A DNA stretch of 55,347 nucleotides, taken from the NCBI GenBank assembly GCA_964394725.1, contig CAYMYS010000005.1:1-55347 (forward strand), read 5' to 3'. This document shows positions 16,593 to 27,185 of this stretch, piece after piece. Position 1 is the stretch's first letter. Each line of letters starts with the position of its first letter. A program made the position numbers and the translations under genes. The notes beneath the pieces were generated by a model. That model was not told where the DNA came from, searched no databases, and saw only the letters and a program-made list of their open reading frames with translations. The stretch is from an uncultured Syntrophaceae bacterium. Lineage in GTDB: Bacteria > Desulfobacterota > Syntrophia > Syntrophales > UBA2210.

Positions 16593-17948
16593 ATGAATAA
16601 ACAAATATGCCTGATCAATCCCTGGATCCACGATTTTGCGGCCTATGACTTCTGGTCCAAGCCCATAGGAATCTTATATCTTGCGTCTATCTTGAGGAAA
16701 AACGGATACGATGTCAATTTCATCGATTGTCTGAACCCCTATCACCCGGCAATGAAAGATGAATTCCAAATCAAACCGCCCAAAAGGCGACTGTGGGGTA
16801 ATGGCAAATACGCCAAAGAGGCCATAGAGAAACCGGAACGATTAAGGAATTTTTCCCGCAGATATAATCGGTACGGCATAACGCCACGAATTTTCACAGA
16901 AGAACTCATGAAGCTCGGCAAAGCGGACCTGGTCTTCGTGACATCCATGATGACCTACTGGTACCCCGGGGTTTTTGAAGCCATCGATATCACCAGGCAG
17001 ACATATCCCGACAGTACCATCGTCCTCGGTGGAAACTACGCCACACTCTGCAGTGAACATGCGAGACACAATTCCGGCGCCGATATAGTCATTGCCGGAG
17101 AAGGTGAAAAACACATACACGAATTGTGTGATCTTTCCTATTTCATGCCCGATCTCACACATCTCGATTCCTATCCCTACCCCGCCTTTGACCTCCTTTC
17201 CTCGATAGATCAGGTTCCCATCATGACATCACGCGGCTGCCCCTTCAAGTGCACCTACTGCGCATCCCACCTCTTGAATGATGGATTCAGGGTCCGTGAT
17301 CCCATCAAAGTGGTTGATGAAATAGAATTCTGGAACAGAAACCACGGCGTAATGAACTTCTCCATTTATGATGACGCCTTTCTCGTCGATTCCGCGAATC
17401 GGGCCATTCCCATGATGAAAGAGTTGTTGAGAAGGGACTTACATGTGAGTTTCCACTGCCCCAACGGCCTGCATCTCAGAGAAATTACTGGAGAGGTCAG
17501 CCGTTTGATGCTTCGGTCAGGCTTCCGAACAATTCGTTTCGGCTTCGAGACATCCAACATCAGAAGGCAGATGGAAACGGGTGGAAAGATCACGAACGAT
17601 GAAACAGCGGCGGCAATTAAACATCTCAAGAACGCAGGCTACGGATCGAGCGATATCGGCGTCTATATTCTCTGCGGCCTACCGGAACAGTCGGCAGCGG
17701 AGGTACATGAAAGCATCGCCTTCATAAAATCACTGGGGGCACGTCCCGTAATTGCCGAATATTCACCAATTCCGGGGACACAACTGTGGGAGGAATCTAT
17801 CGCCGCGTCGCCCTTCGATATACAGGGAGATCCGATATTTCAGAACAACACACTGATACCCTGTCGGAGTGAAAAACTCACCTATGAGATGTACCGTACA
17901 CTAAAAGATGAAACAAGGAGGGCAATTCATGGCGGCAAAACCAGCTGA
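16593..17948 (+). CDS. Cobalamin-binding radical SAM protein
   Basis: N-terminal B12-binding-type domain (LGGNYAT) and CPFKCTYC (CxxxCxxC). Confidence 0.9.
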   Translation: MNKQICLINPWIHDFAAYDFWSKPIGILYLASILRKNGYDVNFIDCLNPYHPAMKDEFQIKPPKRRLWGNGKYAKEAIEKPERLRNFSRRYNRYGITPRIFTEELMKLGKADLVFVTSMMTYWYPGVFEAIDITRQTYPDSTIVLGGNYATLCSEHARHNSGADIVIAGEGEKHIHELCDLSYFMPDLTHLDSYPYPAFDLLSSIDQVPIMTSRGCPFKCTYCASHLLNDGFRVRDPIKVVDEIEFWNRNHGVMNFSIYDDAFLVDSANRAIPMMKELLRRDLHVSFHCPNGLHLREITGEVSRLMLRSGFRTIRFGFETSNIRRQMETGGKITNDETAAAIKHLKNAGYGSSDIGVYILCGLPEQSAAEVHESIAFIKSLGARPVIAEYSPIPGTQLWEESIAASPFDIQGDPIFQNNTLIPCRSEKLTYEMYRTLKDETRRAIHGGKTS

Positions 17949-18196
17949 TCGATGGGCACGTTCCAAAAACTTTTTTGATATGCTTGTTGATATGGAAAGC
18001 GACATGACCATTTGCACTGGTTTTCGAAAAGTATCGTGGCTTACAATTGATCATAGTACGACAATACAGAGTCATCACGAAAGAATCGAAGTTTCATGGT
18101 GTGAAATACCATGATTTCCTTGTATGTTATTTTTCTTTTGCTTATGATCCCAATGGGTAGTATTATTTACACAAAGTTTCTGATTCGGGAGTTATT

Positions 18197-19312
18197 GTGA
18201 TGAATCGACTTATATGCAGAAAGTGTAAAACCGAATATAGCTTGGATGAGCCGCTATGGCGTTGTCACTGTGGCTCTATACTTGACATTGAGTTTGAACC
18301 GGTCTTCAATCTTGAAGCAATAAAAAAGAGAAGGCCAACCATGTGGCGTTACAGGGAGGCGATTCCTGTCACCCAGACCAGTAATATTGTAACCTTTGAT
18401 GAGGGTTTTACACCCCTTTTGGAGGTTACTTTTTCGGGGAAACCCGTTCTGATCAAGCAGGATCATCTCTTTCCCACTGGCTCTTATAAGGACAGGGGTG
18501 CTTCCGTTCTGATCAGCAAGATAAAGGAACTGGGGATTAAGAGTGTCGTTGAAGATTCTTCTGGAAATGCCGGATGTGCAATCGCCGCATATTGTGCACA
18601 GGCAAACATCGCCTGCGACATACTCGTTCCCGAAAATACTTCCAGAGGAAAACTGGCACAGATAAACCTCTACGGCGCTTGTTTAAAGAAGATTCCTGGA
18701 ACCAGAGAAGAAACAGCCCAGGCCGCCCTTAAGTTATCTGAAAATGCCTATTATGCGAGTCATTCATGGAATCCCTTCTTTTCCCAGGGAACGAAGACCT
18801 TCGCCTTCGAGGTATGCGAACAGCTCGGTTGGAAGGCGCCTGACACGGTAATACTCCCTGTGGGAAATGGAACCTTACTACTGGGCGCATATATCGGTTT
18901 TAAAGAGTTGTTTCATGCGGGCATCACGTCACAGGTACCGAAACTGATTGCAGTCCAGTCGGACAGTTGTCCGCCCCTGTACCGCGCTTTTAAAGACGAC
19001 ATCGATTATATTCCCGATATCGCGACTGAACCCACGCTTGCCGAGGGGATAGCGATCACAAAGCCGGTACGAGGACGTCAGATCGTCGATGCAATAAGGG
19101 AAACAAAGGGAGATATTTTCACCGTCAGTGATGCCGAACTGAAGGCATCTCTGAAAGAGATCTGCGGGAAGGGTTTCTACATAGAACCGACATCTGCCGT
19201 GACAACAGCGGGGATAACCAAATATGTGCAACAGTCCCCTTTGTATGAAATAGTAGTGTCGGTTTTTACGGGACATGGTCTCAAATCAACGGAAAAAATG
19301 GGAAGCCTATGA
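18197..19312 (+). CDS. thrC: Threonine synthase (short, fold-type II PLP)
   Basis: N-terminal Cys knuckle, PTGSYKDRG (PLP lysine), SSGNAG, PVGNG and IEPTSA motifs. Confidence 0.88.
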   Translation: MMNRLICRKCKTEYSLDEPLWRCHCGSILDIEFEPVFNLEAIKKRRPTMWRYREAIPVTQTSNIVTFDEGFTPLLEVTFSGKPVLIKQDHLFPTGSYKDRGASVLISKIKELGIKSVVEDSSGNAGCAIAAYCAQANIACDILVPENTSRGKLAQINLYGACLKKIPGTREETAQAALKLSENAYYASHSWNPFFSQGTKTFAFEVCEQLGWKAPDTVILPVGNGTLLLGAYIGFKELFHAGITSQVPKLIAVQSDSCPPLYRAFKDDIDYIPDIATEPTLAEGIAITKPVRGRQIVDAIRETKGDIFTVSDAELKASLKEICGKGFYIEPTSAVTTAGITKYVQQSPLYEIVVSVFTGHGLKSTEKMGSL

Positions 19313-19530
19313 ACACACTTCTGTGGTGGGGGACAAAACTTTTAATCGGCTTTGTATCCCTCTTTTTTCTTATCAGAGGAATCGATGTGTTGATCGGCTC
19401 ATACCATCTCGACAATCCCCTCGAGTTTATCATGTACTTTTTTTCATCGAGCCTGTTGATAATGGTGAGCGCCATCGGTGTCTATTATGCCCTGTTACAG
19501 ATATATAACTTTTTTAGAAGGAATGATTGA
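19309..19530 (+). CDS. Small two-TM membrane protein, unknown function
   Basis: 73 aa with two hydrophobic helices; 4-bp overlap with the thrC stop, and ends 1 bp before the next ATG. Confidence 0.65.
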   Translation: MNTLLWWGTKLLIGFVSLFFLIRGIDVLIGSYHLDNPLEFIMYFFSSSLLIMVSAIGVYYALLQIYNFFRRND

Positions 19531-19531
19531 A

Positions 19532-21043
19532 ATGAAGTTTACAGTAAAATGCCGTAGTATCGCCATGATTGTGGCCGTGATTTCCCTATTTTTTACTGCT
19601 TCTCTCAATGCCTTCGCCTACGATCTCGAAAAAAAGGTGAAGAAATTTACATTAAAAAACGGCCTTAAAGTGCTGATAGTTGAAAGGCACCTGAGTCCCA
19701 CTGCATCTTTCTACATACGATATAAGGTTGGCGCCGCCGATGAGGCCGACAGTCACACGGGAACGGCCCATTTACTTGAGCACATGCTCTTTAAGGGGAC
19801 AAAGACTATCGGAACAACAAGCTACTCCAAAGAGCGCAGGATACTTGCCGAGAGGGATGATGCGATAAATGCCCTGGATCTTGAAAAAATAAAGGGGGAC
19901 AGGGGAGATAAAAAGAAGATCGACCGGTTGGAGGAGCAGTTACGACTGCTCCAGAAAGAGGCCAAGAAGTACATCGTAGAAAATGAAATCGATCGCCTCT
20001 ATACGGAAAACGGGGGGATAGAGTTGAACGCCTCGACGGGTTACGATGTCACCACCTATCATGTAAGCCTTCCTTCGAACAAGGTTGAATTATGGGCACG
20101 CATCGAAGCGGATAGAATGCTCAATCCCGTCTTTAGAGAATTTTATTCCGAGCGCAATGTGGTCATGGAGGAGAGAAGGCAAACGATCGAATCAAATCCC
20201 GACAGAAAGCTTATGGAGCAGTTTCTTGCCGGGTCTTTCATCGTTCATCCCTACAGAAGACCGGTCATAGGATGGGCCCCCGACATGCCCTTTCTCAATA
20301 TCGACTATATGAAATCTTTCCACAAGACCTATCACGCTCCCAACAATACCGTTATAGCCATAGTGGGGGATGTTTCATCACCGCAGGTCATGACTATTAT
20401 AGAGCAATATTTCGGAAATATACCCTATCAGGATATACCCGTCAAAAACATACCCGAGGAGCCGACACAGATGGGTGAACGAAGAATAGAGTACGTGTCC
20501 GATTCAAATCCCCAGCTATACATCGGCTATCACAAACCGACCCTCCCCTCTTTCGATGACTATGCCTTTGACATAATCGATACAATACTCTCACGAGGCA
20601 GGACGTCGAGACTCTTCAAATCTCTTGTAACGGAAAAGGGGATTGCGACAAAGGCGGATACTGCCAATGGTCTCCCCGGCGCAAGATATCCCAATCTTTT
20701 CGCGATATTCGCGACACCCCGGCAACCATTTACCGTCAAGAACCTGGAAGAGGCCATCTATGAAGAATTGGAGAGATTAAAAAATGAACTTGTCGATGAA
20801 CGTGAAATCGCAAAGGCAAAGAATCAGCTCAAGGCGGATTTTCTGAGGGGACTTAAATCGAATTCCGGTCTCGCGAGCACCCTGTCATACTATGAGGTGA
20901 TTACCGGCGACTACCGCTATATAACGAATCATATACAATATATCGAAAAGATTACTGCACGGGATATCATGAGGGTGGCAAACAAATATCTTACTCGTGA
21001 AAACAGGACCGTTGCCGAACTTGTAAAGAAGGAGAACAAATGA
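19532..21043 (+). CDS. M16 family zinc peptidase, catalytic subunit
   Basis: HLLEH (HxxEH) motif and signal peptide. Start moved to ATG 19532 (GAAGGA upstream). Confidence 0.9.
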   Translation: MKFTVKCRSIAMIVAVISLFFTASLNAFAYDLEKKVKKFTLKNGLKVLIVERHLSPTASFYIRYKVGAADEADSHTGTAHLLEHMLFKGTKTIGTTSYSKERRILAERDDAINALDLEKIKGDRGDKKKIDRLEEQLRLLQKEAKKYIVENEIDRLYTENGGIELNASTGYDVTTYHVSLPSNKVELWARIEADRMLNPVFREFYSERNVVMEERRQTIESNPDRKLMEQFLAGSFIVHPYRRPVIGWAPDMPFLNIDYMKSFHKTYHAPNNTVIAIVGDVSSPQVMTIIEQYFGNIPYQDIPVKNIPEEPTQMGERRIEYVSDSNPQLYIGYHKPTLPSFDDYAFDIIDTILSRGRTSRLFKSLVTEKGIATKADTANGLPGARYPNLFAIFATPRQPFTVKNLEEAIYEELERLKNELVDEREIAKAKNQLKADFLRGLKSNSGLASTLSYYEVITGDYRYITNHIQYIEKITARDIMRVANKYLTRENRTVAELVKKENK

Positions 21044-22452
21044 AAAGACTATCTCTAATAATTTTTCTGGTTTTTTCTCTGGCTGTCGCCGGCTGCACTT
21101 CCTTACCACATAAAGACCCGGACAGCATCACCTATGCGGATTCCCAATTTGACCTTCTGCAGGCGGAACGCATAACACTGGGAAATGGTATTATCATCTA
21201 TCTCCTTGAAGACCACGAACTCCCCCTCGTCAACATTTCGGCAGTTATCAGGACGGGGTCCGTTTACGATCCACAGGGGAAAGAAGGACTGGCGGAAATC
21301 GCCGGTTCCGTCATGCGTACGGGAGGCACGAAAAGAATGCCGGGCGATAAAATAGACGAAGAGCTGGACTACATGGCGGGCGCCCTATCCGTATCCATAG
21401 GCAGAGAATCGGGTACCGCCTCGCTCTCTATTCTAAAGGAAGACATGGACAAGGGTGTTCATCTCTTTTCAGATGTCGTGATTAACCCCGTCTTTGAAGA
21501 GGCAAAATTAAAGCAGGCACAAAACTTGACGATTGAATCACTGAGAAGAATATATGACAACCCGCAACACCTTGCCTTCCGCGAATTTACAGGGCTCATC
21601 TATGCGGGCAATCCACGGGGAAGATTGTCCTCTATCGGCTCTGTCAAGAATATCACGAGAGCCGATCTCACTCGTTTTCACGGGCAATTCTTCTATCCCG
21701 GAAATATTATGATGACGGTGTCGGGAGATGTAAGAAAAGACGAAATCATACCCATACTGAACAGATATTTCGGACAATGGAGCGCCGATGGAACAGTTGA
21801 CACCATTCCCCCTCTCCGTAGAACGATGGATAGATCAGTTGGTTACATCTTTAAGGACATTCCTCAGTCGGTAATAATTCTTGGTCAGATAGCACCGGGT
21901 AAGAAGGAGCCCGATTTTTTCTCTTTTCAGGTACTCGATTTCATTCTCGGCAGCGGCGGTTTCAATTCACGTATTTTTAACGAAGTCAGAAATAATCTCG
22001 GCCTTGCCTACAGCGCAGGGAGTTTCTATTCGGCACATAATGATTATGGTATATTTGCCTCCTATGCAATGACAAAGTCTGCATCAACGGCGAAGGCCCT
22101 CTCTGTTATTCGCTCCATAATCGACGATACACGGAATGTCACCGTAAAAGAGAAGGAATTGGCCTGGGCTAAAAAATCGATGGATTCCAGTTTCGTCTTT
22201 TCCTTCACATCGTCAGCTCAGATAGCAATGCAGCATTTGATGCTTGAGTACAATGATCTCCCCGAAGATTTCCTGTCCACCTATCGCGGCAAAATAAACA
22301 TAGTATCACTGGAAGATGTAAAGCGGGTGGCCCAAAAATATCTATCAAGTGAAAGTGAGACCATACTCGTCCTCGGAAATGACACAAAATTCGACGAACC
22401 CCTTTCCCGCTTCGGAAAGGTGAAAAAGATAGAGGTACACAATGGTAGATAA
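21040..22452 (+). CDS. M16 family non-catalytic partner subunit, lipoprotein
   Basis: Lipobox VAGC; M16 fold motifs (EVR..LGLAY) but no HxxEH. Confidence 0.85.
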   Translation: MKRLSLIIFLVFSLAVAGCTSLPHKDPDSITYADSQFDLLQAERITLGNGIIIYLLEDHELPLVNISAVIRTGSVYDPQGKEGLAEIAGSVMRTGGTKRMPGDKIDEELDYMAGALSVSIGRESGTASLSILKEDMDKGVHLFSDVVINPVFEEAKLKQAQNLTIESLRRIYDNPQHLAFREFTGLIYAGNPRGRLSSIGSVKNITRADLTRFHGQFFYPGNIMMTVSGDVRKDEIIPILNRYFGQWSADGTVDTIPPLRRTMDRSVGYIFKDIPQSVIILGQIAPGKKEPDFFSFQVLDFILGSGGFNSRIFNEVRNNLGLAYSAGSFYSAHNDYGIFASYAMTKSASTAKALSVIRSIIDDTRNVTVKEKELAWAKKSMDSSFVFSFTSSAQIAMQHLMLEYNDLPEDFLSTYRGKINIVSLEDVKRVAQKYLSSESETILVLGNDTKFDEPLSRFGKVKKIEVHNGR

Positions 22453-23680
22453 GACAATATTTGAGCGAATCTGCAAGAGAATAGAATCATCTCGTGACGA
22501 TATGATTGAACTACAGAGGTTACTCACCGCCATACCGGCCATTGGCCCTGAAAACGATGGTGACGGAGAGTATGAAAAGGCGAGGTTTCTCATTGATTAT
22601 CTCCGTTCCAGGGGATTTACAGATATTGTAGAGTATAATGCGCCCGACGACAGGGTTTCGTCGGGTGTGAGACCCAATATCGTAACGACTCTTCCCGGAG
22701 ATAAAGAGAATCAAACAGTATGGATACTGACGCATATCGATGTCGTACCGCCCGGAGAGATGAATCTCTGGGATCACGATCCCTACGAAACCGTCGTCAG
22801 GGACGGAAGGATTTACGGCAGAGGGACGGAGGACAATCAGCAGGAACTGGTAGCCTCCATCTTTGCGGCAAAGGCCTTTATTGACGAGGGCATCAGCCCG
22901 GTCTCAACAATCGGCCTCGCATTCGTTGCCGACGAGGAAACATCGAGCGCAAAAGGTCTCGTGTACCTCCTTGCAACGGGGAAGAATCTTTTCAAAATGG
23001 AGGATATTATCGTAGTGCCCGATTTCGGCAACCCCGAGGGTTCTATGATAGATATCGCCGAAAAGAGCATACTGTGGCTGCAATTCACAACGCGGGGAAA
23101 GCAGTGTCATGGAAGTACGCCCGAGAAAGGCAGAAATGCCTTTTTAGCGGCATCCCATCTCGTAGTGAGGCTCAATGACCTCTATAAGGTCTTCGATGCA
23201 TCTGATGCCATATATGAGCCTCCCGTATCAACCTTCGCACCGACGAAGAAAGAGGCAAATGTTCCCAACATAAATACCATACCTGGTGAAGATGTCTTCT
23301 ATCTCGATTGCCGGATACTCCCCTCCTACGATCTCGATCTGATTTTAGCGGAGATAGATAAAATGACGAAAGAGATCGAAGAACAATTCGATGTTTCCAT
23401 AGAATATAAAAAGGTTCAGGAAGCGATTGCACCGTCGCCTACATCTCATAGCGCCCCCGTTGTTTCAGCCCTCAAAGATGCCGTCCAAACAATATACGGC
23501 ATTTCTGCCGCACCTGTAGGAATAGGAGGCGGAACAGTTGCCGCTCATCTCAGGAAAGAGGGATACCCTGCGGCCGTCTGGTCCAGACTTGACAAGACCA
23601 TGCACCAACCGAATGAATACTGTGTTATTGCAAATATGATCGGCAGTGCGAAGATTTATTCGCATCTGTTCCTGCAGTGA
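22442..23680 (+). CDS. M20 family metallo-hydrolase (DapE/ArgE-like)
   Basis: THIDVVP, GRGTEDN, DEE and HQPNE metal-binding motifs. Confidence 0.88.
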   Translation: MVDKTIFERICKRIESSRDDMIELQRLLTAIPAIGPENDGDGEYEKARFLIDYLRSRGFTDIVEYNAPDDRVSSGVRPNIVTTLPGDKENQTVWILTHIDVVPPGEMNLWDHDPYETVVRDGRIYGRGTEDNQQELVASIFAAKAFIDEGISPVSTIGLAFVADEETSSAKGLVYLLATGKNLFKMEDIIVVPDFGNPEGSMIDIAEKSILWLQFTTRGKQCHGSTPEKGRNAFLAASHLVVRLNDLYKVFDASDAIYEPPVSTFAPTKKEANVPNINTIPGEDVFYLDCRILPSYDLDLILAEIDKMTKEIEEQFDVSIEYKKVQEAIAPSPTSHSAPVVSALKDAVQTIYGISAAPVGIGGGTVAAHLRKEGYPAAVWSRLDKTMHQPNEYCVIANMIGSAKIYSHLFLQ

Positions 23681-23692
23681 TGACAAAATCTA

Positions 23693-23721
23693 TTGCAATC
23701 AAAAATACATGATGATAGCAT
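23693..23721 (+). promoter_or_regulatory. Candidate sigma70 promoter for phoH
   Basis: TTGCAA-N17-TAGCAT. Confidence 0.4.
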
Positions 23722-23789
23722 CACCCCTTCATTTTTGAGGTTTTTATTGCAAAAATAAAACTCGGAAACAAAAAAGGTCATATAATTAC

Positions 23790-24782
23790 TTGAAGGTACA
23801 GGCGTCGCAGAGCGTTTACTCCAAAAAGGTCGACTTCCCGGATATCAACACACAAAAAGTACTTTTCGGAGAGCATGACAGTCATATTAAGCTCATCGAA
23901 GGGATGGAAGCGGTAAGGCTTACGGTGAGGGGGGACAGTGTATCAATTTCGGGAGATTCCTTCAGTGTCGACCTTATCGAGAATATGCTAGTCCAGCTTT
24001 ATGCGATAATCAAGAAGGGGTACCCCATATACGCCGCCGATATTGATTACGCACATCGTATTCTTTCCACGAACAGTTCAATCAATCTTGAAAAGATTTT
24101 CCTTGATACCGTCTTCATTTCGTCCAACAAAAGGGTCATAACGCCCAAGAGTGTTGCCCAGAAACTATATATTGATTCCATAAGAAAGAGCGACATTGTA
24201 TTTGGCATAGGCCCTGCGGGAACGGGGAAAACCTATCTTGCAATGGCGATGGCAGTCGCTGCGCTGCTTGAGAAAAAGGTAAACCGCATAGTCTTAACGA
24301 GACCGGCCCTGGAGGCCGGTGAAAGACTGGGATTCCTCCCCGGCGATCTTTCCGAAAAGGTCAACCCCTATCTTAAGCCACTCTATGATGCCCTCTATGA
24401 TATGGTAGTCTTTGACAGGGCGTCTGCAATGATAAGCAAGGGAATTATCGAAGTTGCCCCTCTCGCCTTTATGCGGGGCAGAACCCTGAATGATTCCTTC
24501 GTAATTCTCGACGAGGCACAGAATACGACGACTGAACAGATGAAGATGTTCCTGACACGGCTGGGTTTCGGTTCCAAGGCCGTTATAACGGGCGATGTGA
24601 CCCAGATTGATCTTCCCCCCGGGAAAACACCTGGTTTAGTTGAGGCTGAAGGAATCCTGAAGAAGACGGATGGGATTAAATTCATCTATTTTTCTGAGAT
24701 AGATGTAGTGAGGCACCCGCTTGTTCAGGATATAATACGTGCCTATAATAACCTCGATAGAAATAAACGGGAAGGCAGATAA
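23790..24782 (+). CDS. phoH: PhoH family protein (YbeZ)
   Basis: GPAGTGKTYLA, GFLPGDL, RGRTL, LDEAQN and TGDVTQIDL motifs. Confidence 0.93.
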   Translation: MKVQASQSVYSKKVDFPDINTQKVLFGEHDSHIKLIEGMEAVRLTVRGDSVSISGDSFSVDLIENMLVQLYAIIKKGYPIYAADIDYAHRILSTNSSINLEKIFLDTVFISSNKRVITPKSVAQKLYIDSIRKSDIVFGIGPAGTGKTYLAMAMAVAALLEKKVNRIVLTRPALEAGERLGFLPGDLSEKVNPYLKPLYDALYDMVVFDRASAMISKGIIEVAPLAFMRGRTLNDSFVILDEAQNTTTEQMKMFLTRLGFGSKAVITGDVTQIDLPPGKTPGLVEAEGILKKTDGIKFIYFSEIDVVRHPLVQDIIRAYNNLDRNKREGR

Positions 24783-24803
24783 CCTGCCGGGATCTTTACT
24801 GAC

Positions 24804-27185
24804 ATGCTCAAAATCAAGAAGACACCAAATGGAAAGAAGTTAATCTCGGAAAAGCTTGTTTCATTATTTCCGCTGGGGAGAGACCTCATTTTTCAGAGAT
24901 GGGTCCTCGCAATTGTGATGAGTCTTGTCGTTTCATTGATACTCTACCCTCAGATTATTCACCGCAGCCTCCCTGTCTACACGGTGGATTCTATTGCAAC
25001 AGGAAATATAAAGGCAGATCGGGATTTTCTTGTAGAGGACAAGGCATCAACAAAACAGAAAAGGTTGATAGAAATAGAGAAGGTTAGACCCCTCTATGAC
25101 TATGACAGCGATATGCCGGCCAGGTTGGGAATCATTCTGGCAAAGGCATTTCTCAAGGCAGGTGAAGACTTCAGAAAGGCCGAAGCACAAAAAGACCCCG
25201 CTTTTGAAAATAATTTAAGGACCAATTTCGAGAACCTTTCACAGATTAAGCTTACCGACAATGAATACAAAAGGCTTTACCAGTATAAATTTTCCTTTGA
25301 CATATCCAACGATGCAGTAAAGCTGATTTACGCTCTCTATAACCGAGGACCGATAAGCAATGAATCAATCAAGAGCATTATCCGCGACAAGGGTATCGCA
25401 ATCCGTGACATAAAGACCCAGGAAGAGAAGGAGAAAAACGATCTTTCATCGATACGGGTTATGGCCGATGTCCATAATCTCATCCTCGAGGATTCAAAGA
25501 CTGTTCTTAAAGACAGGTCAAAGCGCATAATACCGATAATCGTTGCCCTGGCTACCAGGATGGTTCGTCCCGATCTGACATTCGCAAAAAATGCCACGGA
25601 AAGCAGAAAGCAGATAGCCTGGGATAATATCAAACCGGTATTTTACAAGGTTCAGAAAAATGAGATGATTATCAGGGAAGGAGAGAAGATAACCCCTTCC
25701 GACCTGGACAAGCTCAACATACTCTTTCAGGACCGGGAGGGGAAGAGCATGTTAAACTTCTCCGCCTTCCTCGGTATGTTTCTTACCGTTTTACTGTTAT
25801 CATATATCCTCTACAAGATGTTTGACCACTTTCTCAGATCCTTAAAACAGACAAATATCGACCTGCTGCTTCTGAGCCTGACGGTGATACTTCAGTTGCT
25901 TCTGGCAAAGGCAGGTATATTTATTTGTGAATCAATCGAGTATACATTTAATATCGTCTCGGCAGATACAACCATCTTCGCTATACCGATGACCGTTGGC
26001 GCCATGCTTATTGCCCTCCTTCTCAACAGGCGAATGGGCCTGATTTTTGCTATTGGTGCTTCTTTTCTGTTATCTTTCCTCTTCGAAGATAAATTGTCGA
26101 TGTTCCTCTTTTCCTTCATCGGGAGCGCCGTAGCTACACATCGAATTGTACATTGCAAACAGCGTTCCGACTTTTTCAAGGCCGGTCTGTTGATTGGTCT
26201 GGTGAATATGGCAATTATCATCAGTTCCTCACTATTGTCGGGTAATCTATTCATCACCGATACACTCCTCAAGCTTCTCATGGGATTCACCGGAGGTATC
26301 TTGTCGGGAATTATAGTATCGGGCATAGTCCCCGTTTTTGAGGCATCCTTCGGCTATACCACGGACATTAAACTACTGGAGCTTGCAAACCTCAATCAGC
26401 CTATTTTTCAACAGATGATCATGGTGGCGCCGGGAACCTATCATCACAGTATCGTTGTGGCATCCATGGTCGAGGCCGCAGCGGAGGCTATCAATGCCAA
26501 TTCTCTTCTGGCAAAAGTCAGCGCCTATTATCATGACATAGGCAAGTTGAAAAAGCCGATTTATTACATAGAAAATCAACAAAACTGGGAAAACAAGCAC
26601 GATTCCCTCACACCACAGATGAGCAGCCTCGTGATAACATCTCATGTGAAGGAAGGATGCGCCCTTGCACAGAAGTACAAACTGGGAAGACCCATCATTG
26701 ACATAATTAGGCAACATCATGGTACGAGCATCGTAAGCTATTTTTACGAAAAGGCAAAAAAGGATAAAGATGCATCCGATCAGTCGACTCTTGAAAGTGA
26801 TTTCAGGTATCCCGGCCCAAAACCCCTTTCAAGGGAAGCGGGACTTGTTCTCCTGGGCGATGTCATTGAGGCATCGTCACGAACACTAAAAAATCCCACC
26901 CCTTCGAGGATAAAAAATCACGTTATAAGCCGCATCAGACAGGTGCTTGCCGAGGGACAGCTCGATGAATCGGAATTAACGCTGCGCGATCTCAGCAAGA
27001 TCGGGGAGAGCTTCAACAGAATCCTTACAGGCATATTCCATCACAGGATAGACTATGACGAGCCTTCTATTGAGGTGAACGGGGGGAGTAAAGAAAACAA
27101 TGTCGGTATTAGTAAAAAATCAGCAAGAAAAAATAAAAATAAACGTTCCAAAGATACGGAGCTATCTATCCAGGATCTTAGTTAA
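24804..27185 (+). CDS. 7TM-HD (HDIG) membrane phosphohydrolase, PgpH/YqfF-like
   Basis: Extracytoplasmic domain, 7 TM helices, APGTYHHS..YYHDIGK and HHGT motifs; located between phoH and ybeY. Confidence 0.9.
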   Translation: MLKIKKTPNGKKLISEKLVSLFPLGRDLIFQRWVLAIVMSLVVSLILYPQIIHRSLPVYTVDSIATGNIKADRDFLVEDKASTKQKRLIEIEKVRPLYDYDSDMPARLGIILAKAFLKAGEDFRKAEAQKDPAFENNLRTNFENLSQIKLTDNEYKRLYQYKFSFDISNDAVKLIYALYNRGPISNESIKSIIRDKGIAIRDIKTQEEKEKNDLSSIRVMADVHNLILEDSKTVLKDRSKRIIPIIVALATRMVRPDLTFAKNATESRKQIAWDNIKPVFYKVQKNEMIIREGEKITPSDLDKLNILFQDREGKSMLNFSAFLGMFLTVLLLSYILYKMFDHFLRSLKQTNIDLLLLSLTVILQLLLAKAGIFICESIEYTFNIVSADTTIFAIPMTVGAMLIALLLNRRMGLIFAIGASFLLSFLFEDKLSMFLFSFIGSAVATHRIVHCKQRSDFFKAGLLIGLVNMAIIISSSLLSGNLFITDTLLKLLMGFTGGILSGIIVSGIVPVFEASFGYTTDIKLLELANLNQPIFQQMIMVAPGTYHHSIVVASMVEAAAEAINANSLLAKVSAYYHDIGKLKKPIYYIENQQNWENKHDSLTPQMSSLVITSHVKEGCALAQKYKLGRPIIDIIRQHHGTSIVSYFYEKAKKDKDASDQSTLESDFRYPGPKPLSREAGLVLLGDVIEASSRTLKNPTPSRIKNHVISRIRQVLAEGQLDESELTLRDLSKIGESFNRILTGIFHHRIDYDEPSIEVNGGSKENNVGISKKSARKNKNKRSKDTELSIQDLS

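Noticed and set aside
16525-16628. AATCCCTG(A/G)ATC three times
   Set aside because: The third copy encodes the conserved INPWI of the radical SAM protein and spacing is irregular; not a CRISPR or iteron array.
17908-18196. 68-aa ORF and a possible riboswitch or leader upstream of thrC
   Set aside because: The ORF overlaps the upstream gene and has no motif; I could not recognise T-box, SAM or lysine riboswitch signatures.
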